A stretch of DNA of 56,086 nt, from contig JAAYFO010000111.1 in the NCBI GenBank assembly GCA_012728215.1, positions 1 through 56,086 on the forward strand, read 5' to 3'. This document shows positions 1-8,203 of the stretch, piece after piece; positions within the stretch are counted from its first letter, which is position 1, and each line of letters begins with the position of its first letter. The position numbers and the translations under genes were made by a program. The notes beneath the pieces are model-generated. The model searched no databases. It was not told the DNA's origin and saw nothing but the letters and a program-made list of their open reading frames with translations. The stretch comes from Spirochaetales bacterium. Its GTDB lineage: Bacteria; Spirochaetota; Spirochaetia; Sphaerochaetales; Sphaerochaetaceae.

Positions 1-221
1 GCCTTGATGAAGTTCGTAAAAAACGTGCGGGTGTCTGTCGTGAAGAAGCTCTTCTTTGGTACCCAGTCAAACGGCATGCTCATTATCTGCTTGGCATCCA
101 TGAAGCTCGCCACGAGCATGAACGCAATAGGAAGAAGACAGAATAGCAGAACGACCGCCAGCAAAATCCAGGAGATAATCTCTCCAATCGTTACTTTTCC
201 AATATATCGATTCATAGCCAT
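1..221 (-). CDS. ABC sugar transporter permease 2 (MalG/UgpE type), N-terminal fragment running off the window
   Basis: Absent from the ORF track because it is open at the window edge. ATG at 221 is preceded by AGGAGG (228-233). My translation is MAMNRYIGKVTIGEIISWILLAVVLLFCLLPIAFMLVASFMDAKQ, an N-terminal TM helix. It sits directly after the MalF-type permease. Confidence 0.7.
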   Translation of the reverse strand, partial: MAMNRYIGKVTIGEIISWILLAVVLLFCLLPIAFMLVASFMDAKQIMSMPFDWVPKKSFFTTDTRTFFTNFIK

Positions 222-231
222 GCTGGTCCTC

Positions 232-1158
232 CTAGTATTCCACATCGTCCGTCTTGGAGACGGTGAACTGCAGATAAGTCAGAAGCAGCATGATGATGAA
301 CAATATGATTGACATTGCACTCGCCCTGCCGAGCCTTCCGTATCTGACACCTGTGAAGTAGATGTTCATGGTAATGACATCTATCGGTTGTCGGGCAGCT
401 CCGTTTTGCGCAAACATGTACTGAGTCGAGAAGGTCTTCAGACATTGAAGCATAGCCATGATCGATACCAGCACTGCCGTAGGCTTCAGCAGAGGAAGAG
501 TTATCCGCCAGAAAGTGTGCCAGCGAGAAGATCCGTCCACTGTGGCCGCCTCGTAGATTGTAGGAGGAATGGCAGCCAGACCTGTTATGAACAGAATCAC
601 GAAATACCCAATGTATTTCCAGAAATAGACAATCATCGTGCTTATCTGAAGCATCGTGTTGTCAACCAGCCATCCAAAATCCTTTCCTGTCGTATTGAGA
701 AGCAAGTTGGACATCTGGTTTATAAGTCCTCTGGGATCAAACAGGATCATCCAGATTGTTGCAGCGACGACTGATGAGAGTACAGCCGGAGTATAATAGA
801 CCAGCTGAAGGAACTTCGCACCCTTTGGTGACCTGAGCTGCATCAGGAACACTGCAAGTATCAAGGCTATGACCACCATGGGAATGAAAGTCCCCAATGT
901 GAATTCAATAGTTGCCCTCAGCGAGTTCCAGAAGGAGAAACCACCGTTCTCCTTTGTGAAGATGTAGATGTAGTTATCCAGTCCAATCCATTTTGAAGTC
1001 CTGCTTAGAGCCTGCTTGTTAGTGAAGCTCGTAATCAGAGCATTGAAGATTGGATAAAAGCTGAAAACTGCGAAGAAAACCAGACATGGAATGGTGAATA
1101 GCAATCCCCATCGAGCCTGTTTCCTTTCAATGCTGTAACTTCCTGATTTCTTATTCAT
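232..1158 (-). CDS. ABC carbohydrate transporter permease 1 (MalF/UgpA type)
   Basis: Multi-TM protein with an EAA-loop motif (EAATVDGSSRWHTFWRITLPLLKP). The likely start is MNKKSG at 1158, preceded by GAAAGGG. The track ORF extends to 1218. Confidence 0.9.
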   Translation of the reverse strand: MNKKSGSYSIERKQARWGLLFTIPCLVFFAVFSFYPIFNALITSFTNKQALSRTSKWIGLDNYIYIFTKENGGFSFWNSLRATIEFTLGTFIPMVVIALILAVFLMQLRSPKGAKFLQLVYYTPAVLSSVVAATIWMILFDPRGLINQMSNLLLNTTGKDFGWLVDNTMLQISTMIVYFWKYIGYFVILFITGLAAIPPTIYEAATVDGSSRWHTFWRITLPLLKPTAVLVSIMAMLQCLKTFSTQYMFAQNGAARQPIDVITMNIYFTGVRYGRLGRASAMSIILFIIMLLLTYLQFTVSKTDDVEY

Positions 1159-1193
1159 ACCGGACCCTTTCACCTTATCAGTTATTTTAGACA

Positions 1194-1216
1194 GGAGGGG
1201 CTTTTGAGGCCCCTCC
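1194..1216 (-). promoter_or_regulatory. Intercistronic GC-rich hairpin between the binding-protein and permease genes
   Basis: GGAGGGGC (1194-1201) and GCCCCTCC (1209-1216) form a perfect 8-bp stem with a 7-nt loop and no T-run. This is typical of mRNA-stabilising or attenuating stem-loops after SBP genes. Confidence 0.45.
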
Positions 1217-1238
1217 AAAGTTTGTCAGTCAGATTCTC

Positions 1239-2534
1239 TTATTTCTGCTCGTCAAGGATTTCCTGAGCGGAAGCCTTCAACTGCAGATAAGCCTGCTTCG
1301 GATCCACACCCTGAAGCATGACTGCTTCAACGGCAGTCTTTATCATGCTCTGGATTTCAGTGGAGCTGGCACCGTAGTATACGATGTGACCCTTCTCCAG
1401 ATCGGAAGTGAATACATCCGAATATGGCATGTTCTTGTATGTCTCACTGTTCATCAGAGCTGTGGTAGGCTGAATAATGCCGACGTTCTTCAGATATTCC
1501 TCTCCATGTGAGAGCATGTATCCGATCAATTCCCAAGCGGCCTTCTGCGTTGCCTTGTCAGCATCGGCATTGACCATGTAGAAATGTCCGTAATAGCAAC
1601 CTGCTACATCCTTCACCGCATCCTTGAATCTTGGATAAGGAACGACCATCCATTCGCCACTGTTGTAGAACTTCGGGTTGTCGTTGAGAATTCTTGCTTC
1701 CTGGTACATACCAGTCGAGCACATTCCGATATCGTTGTTGTCCTTGTTGAAAAGCTTTCTTGCTGCAGTATAGGTCGGTGAACCAAGGTTCTCTCCGTTC
1801 GGTCCCCAGTTCTGCATGAAGGTGAGGAACTTCACCCAGGCTTCCTCTCCGACAATGGCTTCCTTGCCATCATCACTGATCAGCTGTCCGCCGAGCTGCT
1901 CCACCATTGGAACGTTGTTCACCAGATAGTAACCATATCTGAAGTCATATCCTCTTCTGACCAGGATGTCGCCCTCGCGGATGACAAGCTTCTTGGACAC
2001 TTCAACCATATCTTCCCAGGTCTTCGGGTAATCCTTTTCAGGATCAAGTCCAGCATCTCTGAACACCTTCTTGTTGATGAAGATACTCCAGTTTGTCAGT
2101 TCAAGAGGAAGTCCATAGACATCGTCTTCTACAGTGACTGCATCCAGAACGCCAGAAAGATATGCATCCTTCACGGCCTGAGCATTCTTATATCCGACTG
2201 CTTCGTAGCTGATCGGAGCAACTCTTCCAGCGGCAATGAGAGGATACTCGTCTTCAATCGAAAGGTTGAACATCGTAGGTCCCTGTCCTGCTGCAAATGC
2301 AGTCTGAATCAGCTCGATGAGCTTCTCAGCACTCTGCCTGGTGACATTGACGGTCACGTTTGGATGAGTCTGCTTGAACTCCTCGATATATCTGTCCTCG
2401 AGCTTCATTCGGTTAGCATCCTCATGTGTCCAGAATTCAATCGTCACAGGCTGATCAGCTTTTTCCTGTGCGCCTTGTGCAAATACCGGAGCGATCATCA
2501 TCAGCACCAGCAGAATCGCAATAGCTTTTTTCAT
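1239..2534 (-). CDS. ABC transporter extracellular sugar-binding protein
   Basis: Signal peptide MKKAIAILLVLMMIAPVFAQG, about 430 aa, family-1 solute-binding protein features. It lies upstream of two permeases. GGAGGTG precedes the ATG. Confidence 0.9.
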   Translation of the reverse strand: MKKAIAILLVLMMIAPVFAQGAQEKADQPVTIEFWTHEDANRMKLEDRYIEEFKQTHPNVTVNVTRQSAEKLIELIQTAFAAGQGPTMFNLSIEDEYPLIAAGRVAPISYEAVGYKNAQAVKDAYLSGVLDAVTVEDDVYGLPLELTNWSIFINKKVFRDAGLDPEKDYPKTWEDMVEVSKKLVIREGDILVRRGYDFRYGYYLVNNVPMVEQLGGQLISDDGKEAIVGEEAWVKFLTFMQNWGPNGENLGSPTYTAARKLFNKDNNDIGMCSTGMYQEARILNDNPKFYNSGEWMVVPYPRFKDAVKDVAGCYYGHFYMVNADADKATQKAAWELIGYMLSHGEEYLKNVGIIQPTTALMNSETYKNMPYSDVFTSDLEKGHIVYYGASSTEIQSMIKTAVEAVMLQGVDPKQAYLQLKASAQEILDEQK

Positions 2535-2766
2535 AAAACACCTCCAAATAGTTTTTATGCATATCCATCATCCCACGGTATAGAAATTTCCGCTATTCAA
2601 ACCTTTTGTCAATTCTGGTACTTTTTTGCTATCGGATACAACACCGGATCTTGTACTGAAAAGGCATGGATTCTTTGAAGAAGACCTTATCATACTTGCA
2701 GATACAAGCATGAATACCAAATCCGGAGCATGTTCTTGACAAGGTAAAGCCAATCTCGTTAAAAAT

Positions 2767-3231
2767 CTACCAATTCTGGACAATAGGCGTTCCGAAGAAT
2801 CCGGCAAGGAACCCAAGGATTGCCCCGCCAAGGACCTGGCTGAAAGAATGACCTAGCATCGTCTTCAGATTCTCTTCATTGAACTGACCTTCCTCAAAAA
2901 GCTTGGAAAGCTGCTTGCTCCAGTCGTTGATCACTTCAGCCTGTCTTCCTGCTTCACGCCTTACACCCATGGCATCATGGATGATTATCAGGGCAAACAC
3001 CAGAGAGATTGCAAACGACACCGAACCAAGGCCATCTACCAGAGCTATGCTGGTAGTCAGAGCTATGACAAAGGCAGTATGGCTTGAGGGCATTCCACCT
3101 GTGCTTTTCATCATCCGCCAGTCAAATTGTTTTTGCCAGATCATTCCGATGAACGGTTTCAGAAATTGTGCAGCAAGCATTGCCACAAGGCCTGTTATCA
3201 AAGGAGCACTATGCAGAATGTCATTATTCAT
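2767..3231 (-). CDS. Divergent PAP2 family membrane protein (DUF212/YuiD-like)
   Basis: Motifs TGGMPSSHTAFV and HDAMGVRREAGRQAEVIN match YuiD-type acid phosphatase/vanadium haloperoxidase-related proteins. Confidence 0.8.
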   Translation of the reverse strand: MNNDILHSAPLITGLVAMLAAQFLKPFIGMIWQKQFDWRMMKSTGGMPSSHTAFVIALTTSIALVDGLGSVSFAISLVFALIIIHDAMGVRREAGRQAEVINDWSKQLSKLFEEGQFNEENLKTMLGHSFSQVLGGAILGFLAGFFGTPIVQNW

Positions 3232-3343
3232 ATCAGTAACATTAAAATAGATAGGACAACAATATCAATAGCATGAAACATCACATGGCAAAAAAACACA
3301 TATCAAGGACTCCGTTCAAATCAATCAAGCTGCGTCTACAAGG

Positions 3344-3372
3344 TTGTAATCAGAAGGTAAAGATATTACAAT
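3344..3372 (+). promoter_or_regulatory. Sigma-70-like promoter for the aldolase gene
   Basis: TTGTAA (3344-3349), 17-nt spacer, TACAAT (3367-3372). GGAGA Shine-Dalgarno lies before the ATG at 3394. Confidence 0.5.
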
Positions 3373-3393
3373 GTATTCAACGGAGACAATTAT

Positions 3394-4071
3394 ATGGAAT
3401 TCATGCTTGATACCGCAAATCTTGAGAACATTACACAAGGTCTGGAAATTTATCCGATCATCGGAGTCACGACCAACCCATCAATCCTGAAGAAGGAAGG
3501 GAAAGTGGATTTCTTCGAGCATCTTGCTCAGATCCGTTCAATCATCGGACCGGAGCGAAGTCTTCATGTTCAGGTAGTCAGCCAGGATGCCAAGCACATA
3601 ATCATGGAAGCAGAGAAGATCCGCTATCGGCTGGGAGAGAACACATTCGTCAAGGTTCCAGTCACAGAGAACGGACTCAAGGCAATCAAGTTTCTTGCCA
3701 CAGAGAACTTCCATATAACAGCCACTGCCGTCTACACCACCATTCAGGGAATGCTTGCCATGCTGGCCGGAGTACGCTACATCGCATGCTATTACAACCG
3801 GATGCTCAACTGTGACATAGATGCATCACGTGTCATTCACGAATTGTCCAGTCTTCTATGGGCAAGTCATGGAGACTGCCAGATCATGGCTGCCAGCTTC
3901 AAGAACATCAATGAGATCACTACAGCCTTCTCCAATGGAGCAAGCTGCTGCACAGTCCCATACGAGCTGCTTGAAACCGGGCTGTCCAACCCATCCATTG
4001 CAAACGCTGTCCATGACTTCGATACCGACTGGGTTGCAATACACGGTGACAGCAAGATATACGATCTCTGA
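3394..4071 (+). CDS. Transaldolase-family class I aldolase (fructose-6-phosphate aldolase / Tal type 3B)
   Basis: N-terminus MEFMLDTANLENI...GVTTNPSIL and about 220 aa length are typical of FsaA/TalC-like enzymes. Confidence 0.85.
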   Translation: MEFMLDTANLENITQGLEIYPIIGVTTNPSILKKEGKVDFFEHLAQIRSIIGPERSLHVQVVSQDAKHIIMEAEKIRYRLGENTFVKVPVTENGLKAIKFLATENFHITATAVYTTIQGMLAMLAGVRYIACYYNRMLNCDIDASRVIHELSSLLWASHGDCQIMAASFKNINEITTAFSNGASCCTVPYELLETGLSNPSIANAVHDFDTDWVAIHGDSKIYDL

Positions 4072-4086
4072 TCGTTGAATACTCAA

Positions 4087-4905
4087 TCACTCTGCAGTTC
4101 TTCGATGCAGGAAACGCAGTGACCAGAGAATGCAGTAGCAGGCAACTGCCACTATCACTATGGTCGCTCCAGAAGGAATGTTGAATGCAAATGATATCCA
4201 CAGCCCCAGAAAGCAGAATACCATTCCAAAGCACATCGAGATTATGATCCGTCCCTGAAGACTTCGTGAAAGCAATGCGGAACATGCCGACGGCACGCAC
4301 AGCAATGCAATTACGAGGATGATTCCAGCCGCCCTGATCAGCACCACGCAGGTAAGCGCCACCAGGACAAGCAGTATGTAATCCATCAAACCTGTCCTGA
4401 ACCCGGCAATCCCTGCGAACTCCTCGTCAAAAAGAAAGGTCTTCCAGTCGTCGAAGAACAGAACTACAGAAAGAACCACGATGCATGTAAGCACAACCAT
4501 CATCAGGATATCAGAATGAGAGACTGCCAGGATATTTCCAAAAAGATAGCTTGTCATATCAGGTGGATACCCTTTCATCATCGAAGTGAATAGAATCCCC
4601 AGCCCCATTCCAAACGACCAGAACATAGCGATTATCACATCGCTCTTTTCCCTGCTTCGGTGCTTCACAAATCCTATTGCCAATGCAGCAAGCACCGAAA
4701 AGCCCATTGCACCGAGAAGTGGCTCGAAACCGCAAAGATAGCCAAGTCCCACGCCACCATAAGAGGTATGGGCAATTCCTCCGGAAAGCATCACCATCTT
4801 CCGTTCCACAATCATCACACCAATGAAGGCACAGACTATGCTTACCATCAGACAGCTCCAGACGGCATTCTGCATGAACTGATATTGTGCAATCGCTCTA
4901 AACAT
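4087..4905 (-). CDS. Metal (Zn/Mn/Fe) ABC transporter permease, ABC-3 family
   Basis: Polytopic membrane protein following the ATPase. The likely start MFRAIAQ at 4905 overlaps the ATPase stop by 8 nt. The track ORF extends to 4938. Confidence 0.85.
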   Translation of the reverse strand: MFRAIAQYQFMQNAVWSCLMVSIVCAFIGVMIVERKMVMLSGGIAHTSYGGVGLGYLCGFEPLLGAMGFSVLAALAIGFVKHRSREKSDVIIAMFWSFGMGLGILFTSMMKGYPPDMTSYLFGNILAVSHSDILMMVVLTCIVVLSVVLFFDDWKTFLFDEEFAGIAGFRTGLMDYILLVLVALTCVVLIRAAGIILVIALLCVPSACSALLSRSLQGRIIISMCFGMVFCFLGLWISFAFNIPSGATIVIVAVACYCILWSLRFLHRRTAE

Positions 4906-5644
4906 GATGATCTGATAGCACCCGATGGGGGACTCCATGTGCTATCAGGTCAACTGGGCACCCGTACATGGAATCCAAGGTATCTTCATCAAGCTCGACA
5001 TCTCCATGGTAGAAGAGTCTGTCGTTCAGGCAGGCAAGATGCTTCACATGACTCGAGACAGCCATGGTGTCATGAGTGATGAGAAGGATAGTAAGCTTTC
5101 CTGCCAAAGTATCAAGCACGTTGAAAATATGCTCTCTGCTTTGAGGATCGACACTGGCTGTCGGTTCATCCAGCAGCAGGATCGAAGGCTCACATGCCAG
5201 AGCACGGGCAATGAGAAGCTTCTGGCATTCACCACCAGACAGTTGCCCAATCTGTCTTTTTTCCATACCTTTCAATCCCAATTGCTCTAAATAGGTCATC
5301 GCCTTATCTTTTTCACTCTTGGTGAATGAATGCAGAAAATGAGCAGGTCCATGTAAAAATGCACTCAAGATGACCTCCAATGCAGATATTGGAAACTCTC
5401 TTTCCATTGTGGAATACTGCGGCACATAGCTGATCCGCTCACCTGGGGCTATCCATATTGAGCCGCTTTGATACTTCACCAAACCCAGAATAGCCTTGAG
5501 CAAAGTTGATTTTCCACCCCCGTTGGGCCCGATTATTCCCAAAAAGTCACCACGTTCGACCTCAAGGCTCACATCGGTGAGAGCCGGTGTCTTTGTGGTG
5601 TATCGAACAGTAAGATGATCAACCTTCAATATCACGTCACTCAT
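4898..5644 (-). CDS. Metal ABC transporter ATP-binding protein (ZnuC/TroB-like)
   Basis: Walker A GPNGGGKST, signature LSGGECQK, Walker B LLLDEP. Confidence 0.9.
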   Translation of the reverse strand: MSDVILKVDHLTVRYTTKTPALTDVSLEVERGDFLGIIGPNGGGKSTLLKAILGLVKYQSGSIWIAPGERISYVPQYSTMEREFPISALEVILSAFLHGPAHFLHSFTKSEKDKAMTYLEQLGLKGMEKRQIGQLSGGECQKLLIARALACEPSILLLDEPTASVDPQSREHIFNVLDTLAGKLTILLITHDTMAVSSHVKHLACLNDRLFYHGDVELDEDTLDSMYGCPVDLIAHGVPHRVLSDHHV

Positions 5645-6573
5645 CTGTCAGCCTCCTTCAGGCAGTCAGCCATCTTCTGAAGGTTGTCGATATAATCATA
5701 TGCCAACGGATCCATCTCAACAGCCATTCCGCCCAGTTCCTCTGCAAACACTTCTGCCTGTCTGCCGTCCATCTGTGCCTGATAGAATATAACCTTGGTG
5801 TCCGAAGCCTTTGCCTGATCGATCAGTTCTGCAAGATGTGCGGCAGTTGCCTCTTTGCCCTCTTCTTCCAGTGCCGACATCTTCAGGTCGAACTCATCAG
5901 CAAAATATCCAAATGCCGGATGAAAAACCATGAATGACCTGTTCTTCAGATCTGAAAGCTCTTTGGCAATGCCTTCTGATTTCTTCAATATGCTCTCAAC
6001 ATAAGAGTCGGCGTTGTTGATGAAGGCACAAGATTGCCTTGAGTCCATCTTCACTGCTTCATCAGCAATCGCTTTCACAATGCAGATCGCCCTTGAAGGA
6101 GATAGCCAGATATGAGGGTCGCGTTCGTCACCCAGTTTCAGTGGAGGATATTCCTGGTCCACCAGAAGCTCCAGCCTCACCACTTTTAAACCGGCTTCAT
6201 TCCCGGCCGCTTTCTTGGTCAGTCCCTCAAGCATCGTCGCTTCTGCAGGAACACCAACAGTGAAAATCAGATCTGCATCCTCAAGCTGCTCACGCTGCAT
6301 CGGAGTCATCTCATAGGTTTCAGCACTTGCCCCTGGTGGGATCAGGCACACTACATCAGCCGAATCTTTGAACACCGCATCGGCGAACGCCTTTACAGGC
6401 AAGATAGATACAGCCACCAATGGCTTTCTTTCTACATCCTCTTTTGATTTGGCGGCTCTGCTGCAACTTGTCAGGACTAAGGAGATCACTGCAAGAAGCA
6501 TGACTGCACCTATGACCAAGCCTTTTCTTTTGCTGGACAATGAATCTGCTGAATAATTCTGATGTTTTTCCAT
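5641..6573 (-). CDS. Metal ABC transporter substrate-binding lipoprotein (cluster A-I, ZnuA/TroA-like)
   Basis: Lipobox LVLTSC, motif DPHIWLSP, 4-nt overlap with the ATPase gene. No His-rich loop, so metal specificity is open. Confidence 0.85.
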   Translation of the reverse strand: MEKHQNYSADSLSSKRKGLVIGAVMLLAVISLVLTSCSRAAKSKEDVERKPLVAVSILPVKAFADAVFKDSADVVCLIPPGASAETYEMTPMQREQLEDADLIFTVGVPAEATMLEGLTKKAAGNEAGLKVVRLELLVDQEYPPLKLGDERDPHIWLSPSRAICIVKAIADEAVKMDSRQSCAFINNADSYVESILKKSEGIAKELSDLKNRSFMVFHPAFGYFADEFDLKMSALEEEGKEATAAHLAELIDQAKASDTKVIFYQAQMDGRQAEVFAEELGGMAVEMDPLAYDYIDNLQKMADCLKEADR

Positions 6574-6606
6574 TTTTGAATTTGCGACTCTTTCGCAAAT
6601 TCAAAA
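6574..6606. promoter_or_regulatory. Perfect 14-5-14 inverted repeat, candidate metalloregulator operator
   Basis: TTTTGAATTTGCGA-ctctt-TCGCAAATTCAAAA sits immediately next to the SBP start codon (6571-6573) and overlaps the predicted -10. Confidence 0.5.
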
Positions 6607-6631
6607 TAGCACCAGCAATGACCAATGTCAA
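6603..6631 (-). promoter_or_regulatory. Sigma-70-like promoter with extended -10 for the metal ABC operon
   Basis: On the minus strand: TTGACA (6626-6631), 17 nt, TGcTATTTT (-10 hexamer at 6603-6608). Confidence 0.55.
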
Positions 6632-6644
6632 TCAGAAGTGCCAT

Positions 6645-7082
6645 TTATTTGTCTTTTTTTTCCAACGAAGCCCGCTGCCGGCACTCAGAGCAGACACCGT
6701 AGATGATGGAGTTCCCAAAATTCATTGAGAAACCATGGTTCTCCTCTATATGATGCTCAAGCTTCTCCATGAAATCACAATCAAGATGGATGACCTTGCC
6801 GCAGAGCGAGCATTTGAGATGAAGATGCTCATGGCAATCAGGACCATCCAGCCTTGCAAGCTGAAAGCAGGAACCTTGCCCGTCACTAGTCGGAAAACGG
6901 AGCACGACTCCTTCGGCTGCCAATCTCTCAAGGTTCCGGTAGACAGTGGCTCGGTTGGCTTTATTTCCATTCTTTCGCAAAAAGGAAAGAATATCAGCAA
7001 CTGTGACAGTAGATCCTTCATTCTCGCTCAGGCAGATGATGATCGCTTGCCTTTGGGAAGTCTGATATCCATCACTTCTCAT
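6645..7082 (-). CDS. Fur family transcriptional regulator (Zur/Fur/PerR type not resolved)
   Basis: Winged-helix N-terminus, metal-site motifs HEHLHLKCSLCGK and CSECR. Its start shares one nt with the proB stop (TGATG). Confidence 0.85.
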   Translation of the reverse strand: MRSDGYQTSQRQAIIICLSENEGSTVTVADILSFLRKNGNKANRATVYRNLERLAAEGVVLRFPTSDGQGSCFQLARLDGPDCHEHLHLKCSLCGKVIHLDCDFMEKLEHHIEENHGFSMNFGNSIIYGVCSECRQRASLEKKDK

Positions 7083-8203
7083 CAGATATCCTCCAGCAGA
7101 ACCATATCTTCGGGACGGAACAGGACATCCTTGCAGTTCTTGCCCAGAATCTGCTCAAGCTCACTGCTTCGATGCCCGGCCGCCACAGCAATATCGGTAC
7201 TTGAATAATACACAACTGCCTTGGCAAAGGCAGTTCCTGAAGCATCCTTTATCTGAACGACATCGCCCTTGTCAAATGATCCTTCAACACGGGTGACACC
7301 TTTGGGAAGCAGCGATTTATGAGATACAAGTGCCTTCATCGCACCATCATCAACGAAAATCGCTCCCCTATGGGAATTGTTCAGTATCCAACGGCTGCGC
7401 TGCTTCAACTTTTCTTCAGCAGCAATGCAGCTCCCGACCTGCTCTCCATCCATGATCCGAATCAGAACATTCTCTTCATATCCACTGGCAATAATGCTGA
7501 CACAGCCGGCAATCGAGGCAATCCTGGCGGCAAGGAGCTTGCTTCTCATTCCACCAGTCCCAAGACTGCTTCCAGCGTCTCCTGCAAAAGCCATGATTTC
7601 ATCATCGACCTTGGCTATCTCAGGGATTAGCCTTGCTTCGGGATCCTTGCGTGGATCGGCAGTGTACAGCCCCGGGATATCAGAAAGGATCACAAGCAGA
7701 TCAGCATCAATCTTGCTGGCCACCATGGCGGCCATTCGGTCATTGTCACCAAAAGAGGACCCTATCTCGGCAGTGCTCACTGCATCATTCTCATTGAACA
7801 CAGGCACGACACCAAGCTCCAGCAGAGTACCGATGCTGTTCTTCAGATTCACATAAGTCCTTCGGTTGTTCATCTCCTCACGGGTAAGAAGCACCTGCGA
7901 ACATACAATGCCATGCAAAGAGAAGCTTCTGCGGTAGCTGGACATGAGAATTGGCTGTCCGATTGCTGCACAAGCCTGTCTCATCGCTATCTGGACAACC
8001 TTGCCCTTGAGCCCAAGTTCCCTTCTTCCCATTCCTATTGCACCTGAGGTGACAAGCAGAACCTGAAGGCCTCGCTTCTTCAGCATGGCAATCTGCTGAA
8101 CTATCTCATCAATCTTCTTCTCATCTATTCCAGACCGGCATGTAAGGAGATTGGTTCCAACCTTCACAACGACAGTGTGAACATTATCGAAGTTTCTATT
8201 CAT
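7082..8203 (-). CDS. proB: Glutamate 5-kinase with PUA domain
   Basis: VVKVGTNLLT N-terminus, amino-acid kinase fold, C-terminal PUA-like region. The start MNRNFDN at 8203 overlaps the proA stop by 8 nt. The track ORF extends to 8248. Confidence 0.9.
   Translation of the reverse strand: MNRNFDNVHTVVVKVGTNLLTCRSGIDEKKIDEIVQQIAMLKKRGLQVLLVTSGAIGMGRRELGLKGKVVQIAMRQACAAIGQPILMSSYRRSFSLHGIVCSQVLLTREEMNNRRTYVNLKNSIGTLLELGVVPVFNENDAVSTAEIGSSFGDNDRMAAMVASKIDADLLVILSDIPGLYTADPRKDPEARLIPEIAKVDDEIMAFAGDAGSSLGTGGMRSKLLAARIASIAGCVSIIASGYEENVLIRIMDGEQVGSCIAAEEKLKQRSRWILNNSHRGAIFVDDGAMKALVSHKSLLPKGVTRVEGSFDKGDVVQIKDASGTAFAKAVVYYSSTDIAVAAGHRSSELEQILGKNCKDVLFRPEDMVLLEDI

Noticed and set aside
4-312. 102-aa plus-strand ORF at the window start
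   Set aside because: It is antisense to the two ABC permease genes. The minus-strand reading (AGGAGG + ATG at 221, TM-helix translation) explains the region better.
6654-6661. Homopolymer tracts in coding 3' ends (T8 at 6654-6661 in the Fur-family gene, and a similar T8 near 26690 in the MFS gene) as phase-variation switches
   Set aside because: They simply encode Lys-rich C-termini (KKDK, RQKKQ) a few codons from the stop. A slip would change only the last residues. The tracts are short for contingency loci.
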